Positions 27,260 through 32,000 of a stretch of DNA of 32,000 nucleotides are shown piece by piece. This DNA is from Desulfobulbus propionicus DSM 2032. Its GTDB lineage: Bacteria; Desulfobacterota; Desulfobulbia; Desulfobulbales; Desulfobulbaceae. How positions within the stretch are numbered: position 1 is the first letter of the stretch; every line of letters starts with the position of its first letter. Below the pieces are notes generated by a model. It was not told the origin of the DNA. It saw only the letters and a program-made list of their open reading frames with translations, and ran no database searches. The stretch is from the NCBI RefSeq assembly GCF_000186885.1, contig NC_014972.1:270001-302000 (forward strand), written 5' to 3'. The position numbers and the translations under genes were made by a program.

Positions 27260-28891
27260 TTAAACCAAGGTCCTGAGCCCTTCGGTCAGGTCTTGTCGTT
27301 GTTCACCCTCAATCACCAGCGCATTGCCGACGAGTTCACTGAGACCGGCCACCTGTACCTCGGGCACCCAGTAGTTCATGAGGGTCGTCAGGGTTGCTCT
27401 GTCGATCGCGCATACACAGCCGAGCGTGTTGACGCCGTGCTTATCGTGGACATACCTGACCGCATTGGCGCGCGGCAGTCCCGAGCGCATGCGGAGTTCC
27501 ATGATCTCGTCGGTGTTGAGCGCTGTTCCCGATCCACAGCAGAAGGTTTTCTCACGGATGGTATTCTCGGGCATCTCCACCCAATTTTCGACCACGTTAT
27601 CCAGGATATACCTTGGTTCGTCCAACAGACCCATGGCCCGCGCCGGGTTGCAGGAATCGTGGAAGGTTGCCGTGACATGAGCATTGCGGCTCTTGTCGAG
27701 TTTGATCTTATTGTTCCTGATCAAATCGGCGGTAAATTCGGAGATGTGAATCATTTTGGTGGAGGCGGCATTGTCGAACACCGTGCCGGTGATCGGTGAG
27801 CGGGGGACCTCCAGGAAATCTGCCGGACCGTTCATGGTATCCATGTACTGGTGCAGGACGCGCCACATGTGGCCGCATTCACCACCAAGAATCCAGCGAA
27901 CTCCCAGACGTTTCGCCTCGGCATACATTTTGCCGTTCAGCTTCTTCATCATCTCGTTGGAAGTGAACAACCCGAAGTTGCCGCCTTCGGAAGCGTAGGT
28001 TGACCAAGTGTAATCAAGGCCGATGGCCTCGAACAGCAGGAGATACCCCATGCAGGTAAAAATACCCGGTTCGGCAAACACGTCAGCCGACGGGGTGATG
28101 AACAGGACCTCGGCACCTTTGCGGTTGAAGGTCGGATTGACCCGGATGCCGGTGAGATTCTCGATGTCATCACAGAGAAACTCCACATTACCCTTGAAGG
28201 CCTGAGGCGTGAGCCCCATGTGGTTGCCGGTCCGGTTGGAGTTGGCAACCGGCTCCATCGCCCAGTTGATGCCCACACCAACCAAGTGCAGCAACTCGCG
28301 CAGCATCATGGTGATTTCGGCCGTATCAATGCCATAGGGGCAGAAAACCGAACAGCGGCGGCATTCAGTGCACTGATAGGCATACATGAACCATTCTTTC
28401 AGTACACCCACGGTCATCTCGCGACCACCGGCAAGCCGGCCCAAAATCTTGCCCGCGCGGGTGAAGTTCTGGCGGTAGATGGAACGCAGCAGTTCCGCTC
28501 GCAAAACCGGCATATTCTTGGGATCACCGGTGCCGAGGAAAAAGTGGCATTTATCCGCACAGGCACCGCAACGGACGCAACAATCCATGAAGATTTTCAG
28601 GGAGCGAAAGCGATCCAGGCGGTCTGCCAATCCTTGGATTATAATTTCCTTCCAGTTCTCTGGAAGTTTCCAGTCATCGTCCTCCGGGCTCCACTCGCGG
28701 GCATTGGGGAAACTGACACCTTTTTGGCTGTCGAGATATCGAATGATCTCGGCTTTGGCCGGGTAGGCGTAATTCCCTGGCTTGAATACGGCAGGAACAT
28801 CCATCCAATCCTTAGTTGGAATGGAGCCTGTCATCAGCGAAGGTCCTTCGGCAACACTTCGTGCCAACATATCTACCTTTACTACTGCCAT
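27260..28891 (-). CDS. dsrK: DsrK, HdrD-like cytoplasmic Fe-S catalytic subunit (CCG domain)
   Basis: 4Fe-4S motifs CVRCGACADKCH and CTECRRCSVFCP, plus the CCG-domain signature FCCGSG and C-terminal Cys residues. It lies between dsrM and dsrJ. Confidence 0.88.
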   Translation of the reverse strand: MAVVKVDMLARSVAEGPSLMTGSIPTKDWMDVPAVFKPGNYAYPAKAEIIRYLDSQKGVSFPNAREWSPEDDDWKLPENWKEIIIQGLADRLDRFRSLKIFMDCCVRCGACADKCHFFLGTGDPKNMPVLRAELLRSIYRQNFTRAGKILGRLAGGREMTVGVLKEWFMYAYQCTECRRCSVFCPYGIDTAEITMMLRELLHLVGVGINWAMEPVANSNRTGNHMGLTPQAFKGNVEFLCDDIENLTGIRVNPTFNRKGAEVLFITPSADVFAEPGIFTCMGYLLLFEAIGLDYTWSTYASEGGNFGLFTSNEMMKKLNGKMYAEAKRLGVRWILGGECGHMWRVLHQYMDTMNGPADFLEVPRSPITGTVFDNAASTKMIHISEFTADLIRNNKIKLDKSRNAHVTATFHDSCNPARAMGLLDEPRYILDNVVENWVEMPENTIREKTFCCGSGTALNTDEIMELRMRSGLPRANAVRYVHDKHGVNTLGCVCAIDRATLTTLMNYWVPEVQVAGLSELVGNALVIEGEQRQDLTEGLRTLV

Positions 28892-28924
28892 TGCTCTATC
28901 CTTATACTCTTGAATTATCCAGCG

Positions 28925-29944
28925 TTAGTCATTAGCCTTAGGCGGCAACTCTTTCTCAACGGGAATGCCCTGCTCGATCATATCCTCACGGAATTCGTCC
29001 TCATAGCTCGCATAGGAGTGCGGCTTGATGTCCGGGTTCCAGGGATTGACGTGGCGTCTCATTCTCGAATCGTTGGCCAGATTTCGGGTCGGGCTGAGGA
29101 AGACACCGCCCATATGCATGAGCTTGCTGAAAGGAAAGTACGCAAGCAGTGTGCACACTAAAAAGAGATGAACATAGAACAGTGAACTGATCTCGGTGAC
29201 GATGGTCGGAGAAAAGGTAACCAAGCCGACGGCCAGTTGTTTGATCGCGTTGATGTCCACGTTGGTGCGCAGGAAGAAACGCATCAGGATCCCGGTGATC
29301 ACGATCCCGAGGATCAGGAACAGCGGGAAGTAATCGTTGACCAGCGAGATGTAGCGGACCTGCGGGTTCATCAAGCGGCGGCCGAACAGGAACAGGAGGG
29401 CAAGGACAATGGTGACATCGGTGGTATACATGGTGGGCGCGCCGATCTGCAGCAGGGAGTCGCCCGTTTCGACGAAGGACACCAGCCAGGGTACCGGGTC
29501 GAGGAAGAGACGCATGTGACGGACCACGATCACCAGGAAGCTGTAGTGGAACATGATCGCGAACAGCCACAGCCACTTGCTCGACTCGTAGGTCAGCTTG
29601 GGTCCTGCATAGACCGAAGCCTTGGTGTTGCGCCAGAGTGAACGGAAAAGAACGATTTCAAGAAACATCCTGGCCACCACCTGGGCGGTGTTGACCGGGG
29701 CTTCGAGCTTGTCATGCTTGATCCAGGGGAGCGAGTACCCCTGGCCACAGGTGGTTGGGATTTTGAACGGTACCGGCGATTGGGCCCAATGGATCACCCG
29801 GTAACAAAAACCGCCTAAGAACAGCGCCATAGCCAGATAGGGTATGACAACACCAAAGAGGTATTGCATTCCCGGTATCTGCACGGCTATCAGCGCAATC
29901 AACACCAGGGCAATTACTGCCGCCAAAGGGAAGGCGTACTTCAT
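28925..29944 (-). CDS. dsrM: DsrM, NarI-like diheme cytochrome b membrane subunit
   Basis: 339 aa polytopic membrane protein with conserved His in the TM helices (VIHWAQ, MFHYSF, VRHMRL). It is the first gene of the dsrMKJOP order. The RBS is GAAGGAG. Confidence 0.85.
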   Translation of the reverse strand: MKYAFPLAAVIALVLIALIAVQIPGMQYLFGVVIPYLAMALFLGGFCYRVIHWAQSPVPFKIPTTCGQGYSLPWIKHDKLEAPVNTAQVVARMFLEIVLFRSLWRNTKASVYAGPKLTYESSKWLWLFAIMFHYSFLVIVVRHMRLFLDPVPWLVSFVETGDSLLQIGAPTMYTTDVTIVLALLFLFGRRLMNPQVRYISLVNDYFPLFLILGIVITGILMRFFLRTNVDINAIKQLAVGLVTFSPTIVTEISSLFYVHLFLVCTLLAYFPFSKLMHMGGVFLSPTRNLANDSRMRRHVNPWNPDIKPHSYASYEDEFREDMIEQGIPVEKELPPKAND

Positions 29945-29973
29945 CGATCACTCCTTCGCATTCAAGTTGAACT

Positions 29974-29994
29974 GTAACTTGTAAAAAAAGTTAC
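29974..29994. promoter_or_regulatory. Perfect 7-bp inverted repeat GTAACTT-N7-AAGTTAC in the dsrM upstream region (candidate operator)
   Basis: GTAACTT (29974-29980) and AAGTTAC (29988-29994) are separated by GTAAAAA, 30-50 nt upstream of the dsrM start codon (minus strand). No known regulator could be assigned. Confidence 0.3.
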
Positions 29995-30056
29995 GATAAA
30001 AAGCCGAGCTTTCGCCTCAATCTCCACAATTGAAGCCGCTCGACCGGTCACACAGC

Positions 30057-30596
30057 CTACTTCCCGGCGTCAGGGCCGGATGTGTCAAGGTGTTGCCGCA
30101 TGAGTGCGGAAGGGCACGCTGCATCGGTGAGAATTGCGCTGCCACTTTTCAGTTCACGGATGCGGTTCTGGTACAATTGTTCTCGACATTCAGAATAAAT
30201 GTTGAATGCGGTCAATGCGATCCCGTCAATGGTGCAATCCAGTTGATCGAGAAGGCCAAGCAATGGCTTGGTCTCCTTGTCAAGGGAGAAAACCTGCTTC
30301 ACGACCCATTTCAATTCAAGAAAAGGCGCCACGGCCTGTGCCGGAGTGAAGTCCTGCACAGCTCGGATCCTGACGACCTGATCGATCGGCTGGCAATAGG
30401 CCTGTTGGTCGGTATCTGTGAGCAACAGTTCGTAGATGGATGTCAGGCCGGCAGAAATGTTGCTTCCCACGGGATTGGCAAACGGATCCTGTGACTGTTT
30501 GAAAAATCCAGGTGAGGCGTAACTGTCAAGCGTCCGCTCAATCCACAACGAAAGGATCTCTTTCTTCTTGTTTGCCAGCGCCTTCTGCAGTTCCAT
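30057..30596 (-). CDS. RsbRD_N-domain-like protein of unknown function, immediately upstream of dsrMKJOP
   Basis: I chose the ATG at 30596 (MELQKALANKKKEILSLWIERTLDSYASPGFFKQSQDPFANPVG...). The W...tY....F.....DpFaNPvG pattern matches my memory of the Pfam RsbRD_N family. The track start at 30776 would run through the IS200 left end and into tnpA on the opposite strand. Confidence 0.6.
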   Translation of the reverse strand: MELQKALANKKKEILSLWIERTLDSYASPGFFKQSQDPFANPVGSNISAGLTSIYELLLTDTDQQAYCQPIDQVVRIRAVQDFTPAQAVAPFLELKWVVKQVFSLDKETKPLLGLLDQLDCTIDGIALTAFNIYSECREQLYQNRIRELKSGSAILTDAACPSALMRQHLDTSGPDAGK

Positions 30597-30660
30597 GGTG
30601 CACAACTCTCGCCCATCATCTGGAGGGCGTTGGAGATCAATGTAATTTCCCTTGGGTAAA

Positions 30661-30679
30661 CCCCCGGCTTTGCCGGGGG
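30661..30679 (+). repeat. IS200 left-end subterminal hairpin
   Basis: CCCCCGGC-TTT-GCCGGGGG, a perfect 8-bp stem. It has the same architecture and loop as the right-end hairpin. Confidence 0.6.
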
Positions 30680-30713
30680 ACAACAACAGTTTGACAGTTC
30701 CTGCAAAATAAAG

Positions 30714-30760
30714 AAGCCTCCCGCCTCGTGAACCGGTCAAAGTCACGAAAAAGGAGGCTT
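30714..30760 (+). promoter_or_regulatory. Stem-loop sequestering the tnpA ribosome-binding site
   Basis: AAGCCTCC (30714-30721) is perfectly complementary to GGAGGCTT (30753-30760), which contains the Shine-Dalgarno sequence 1 nt before the ATG at 30762. RBS occlusion by a 5'-UTR stem-loop is a described feature of Salmonella IS200. Confidence 0.55.
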
Positions 30761-30761
30761 C

Positions 30762-31193
30762 ATGAACGACATACAATGTTTAAGCCACACAAGATGGGAT
30801 TGCAAGTTCCATGTAGTGTGGATACCGAAATGCCGAAGAAAAATACTCTATGGCCAACTTCGGAAAAATCTGGGTGATGTGTTCCATGATCTTGCACGGC
30901 AAAAAGAAAGTCGGATTGTCGAGGGGCATTTGCAGCCCGATCATGTGCACATGCTACTGTCGATCCCGCCGAAGTATTCGGTGGCCCAGGTTGTGGGCTA
31001 CATGAAAGGGAAAAGTGCGATTTACATCGCACGCAATTACCTTGGGCAAAAGAAGAACTACAATGGGATGCACTTTTGGGCACGGGGCTATTTTGTGTCA
31101 ACCGTTGGTGCCGACGAGGCAATGGTTCGCGCATATATCCGTAACCAGGAGCAAGAGGATCAGCGAGTCGAACAACTGAACTTGTTTAAATAG
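30762..31193 (+). CDS. tnpA: IS200/IS605 family Y1 (HUH) transposase TnpA
   Basis: 143 aa: W.CKFHVVWIPKCRRKIL, the HUH motif PDHVHMLLSIPPK, KGKSA, FWARGYFVSTVG, and the catalytic Tyr region AYIRNQEQED. Confidence 0.93.
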   Translation: MNDIQCLSHTRWDCKFHVVWIPKCRRKILYGQLRKNLGDVFHDLARQKESRIVEGHLQPDHVHMLLSIPPKYSVAQVVGYMKGKSAIYIARNYLGQKKNYNGMHFWARGYFVSTVGADEAMVRAYIRNQEQEDQRVEQLNLFK

Positions 31194-31261
31194 GCGACCA
31201 CCATATGGTGGTCAGATAATATTTTAAAGAGACCGCTTTGAGCGGTTCACAGTCTTTCAAG

Positions 31262-31280
31262 CCACCGGCTTTGCCGGTGG
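31262..31280 (+). repeat. IS200 right-end subterminal hairpin
   Basis: CCACCGGC-TTT-GCCGGTGG, a perfect 8-bp stem. It differs from the left-end hairpin by one compensated base pair (C:G to A:T). Confidence 0.6.
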
Positions 31281-31385
31281 TTCTGACTCTGTCAATATTT
31301 CAGCAATCTTTCAGCCATTAAAAATGAATGGCGATTCATGCACCGCATGCTCTAGCATGATTGCTGATTTGTTTCAAGAAAAAAT

Positions 31386-32000
31386 TTATCGGGAGGCTCC
31401 TGCCGACAGGCCCGCATTTCTTCCGTCTTTGAAGAGAAAGAGAGCAACCTGGATATACGGATCGGTGGCGACCAGCTCATCCAGCTTTTTCTCTTCGACC
31501 GGTTCACCGTCGTCCTCTCCGTTGCCGGTCAGCAATCCAGCATCCTTCGCCTCCTTTCGGGTGGCCGCCAGTTCCAGTCGCTCTTGCCACATGCCGTCGA
31601 GAAACACCGCCACATGGGTCTGTTTTGCTCGTGCCTTCGCTTTCCCCGTCTCCTGCCTGATCTTCTGAAAGGCGGTATTCTTTTCGGCCCACTGTGTGCC
31701 CTTCTGGCGGAGCTGTTCGGTAATCAACCGGTCGCCATTCCATTGCGCGAAATCCACTTGCTCGACCTGGTCCCAGGGCAGGGAATAATCCATATATTTT
31801 TCGCCCGTTTCCAGATAATCAAACATCGAGGGCACCACGAGATCCGGCTCCACCCCCTTATATTGCGTCGAGCCACCATTGATACGATAGAATTTTTGAA
31901 TGGTCAGTTTCAGCGCGCCCAGATCGTCGTATTTCTGCAGATGCAAGAGCGGCAGATTTCTATTCATGTCCATCATCGCCTGGACGGTACCCTTGCCGTG
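31386..32000 (-). CDS. prc: Tail-specific (C-terminal processing) protease, S41 family, C-terminal part; the gene continues beyond the window
   Basis: GALKLTIQKFYRINGGSTQYKGVEPDLVVP is typical of Prc. The frame stays open upstream of the track start, and the last 24 nt of the window encode HGKGTVQA (the S41 GKGTVQ block). The stop is at 31386. Confidence 0.85.
   Translation of the reverse strand, partial: HGKGTVQAMMDMNRNLPLLHLQKYDDLGALKLTIQKFYRINGGSTQYKGVEPDLVVPSMFDYLETGEKYMDYSLPWDQVEQVDFAQWNGDRLITEQLRQKGTQWAEKNTAFQKIRQETGKAKARAKQTHVAVFLDGMWQERLELAATRKEAKDAGLLTGNGEDDGEPVEEKKLDELVATDPYIQVALFLFKDGRNAGLSAGASR

Larger units (their letters stand above)
30655..31285 (+). mobile_element. IS200-group (IS200/IS605 family) insertion sequence, tnpA only; boundaries approximate
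   Basis: A Y1/HUH transposase gene is flanked by near-identical hairpins at both ends (30661-30679 and 31262-31280). The region looks lower in GC than its neighbours. The size of about 0.63-0.7 kb is typical of IS200. Confidence 0.75.

Noticed and set aside
30597-30776. A longer start for the RsbRD_N-like ORF (track ORF from 30776).
   Set aside because: It would read through the IS200 left-end hairpin and overlap the tnpA start on the opposite strand. The added 60 residues are not protein-like.
1-32000. A scan for CRISPR arrays, tRNA/rRNA genes, and toxin-antitoxin or defence-island-like gene sets.
   Set aside because: I saw no regularly spaced direct repeats, no cloverleaf-like or rRNA-like segments in the intergenic regions, and no small paired ORFs or nuclease/helicase/methylase genes. 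Apart from the IS200 copy, the window looks like core chromosome.

Overview
This is a GC-rich chromosomal segment, most likely from a sulfate-reducing Desulfobacterota (deltaproteobacterial) genome. That assignment is inferred from a complete dsrMKJOP operon and the overall gene content. No tools were run; protein families were recognised by eye from the supplied translations, and RNA and DNA motifs by reading the sequence.

Gene order, left to right:
- YkgJ-like Cys-cluster protein, bioB and bioA (+)
- AI-2E family transporter (+)
- citrate synthase (+)
- Cache/PAS/HD-GYP c-di-GMP phosphodiesterase (-)
- about 1 kb of non-coding sequence holding a clear cobalamin riboswitch and a strong intrinsic terminator (+)
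- a four-gene cluster prkA, yeaH(DUF444), spoVR and a second, divergent prkA paralog (+)
- acnB (-)
- a solitary outer-membrane beta-barrel gene (-)
- a translationally coupled pyrK-pyrD-aroD-aroE-aroA operon (-)
- pilD (+)
- dsrMKJOP preceded by an RsbRD_N-like gene (-)
- an IS200-type tnpA element with matching end hairpins (+)
- the 3' part of a tail-specific protease gene running off the window (-)

No CRISPR array, tRNA or rRNA was seen. Most of the window is housekeeping.

The observations most worth follow-up are:
1. The cobalamin riboswitch, which has no B12-related gene behind it. It sits upstream of about 400 nt of ORF-poor structured sequence and then the prkA operon.
2. The enigmatic PrkA/YeaH/SpoVR module carrying an extra PrkA paralog.
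3. The IS200 insertion immediately upstream of the RsbRD_N-dsrMKJOP unit.

I did not find a clear multi-gene system of wholly unknown families. Many long ORFs in the six-frame track are antisense shadow ORFs typical of GC-rich DNA and were discarded.
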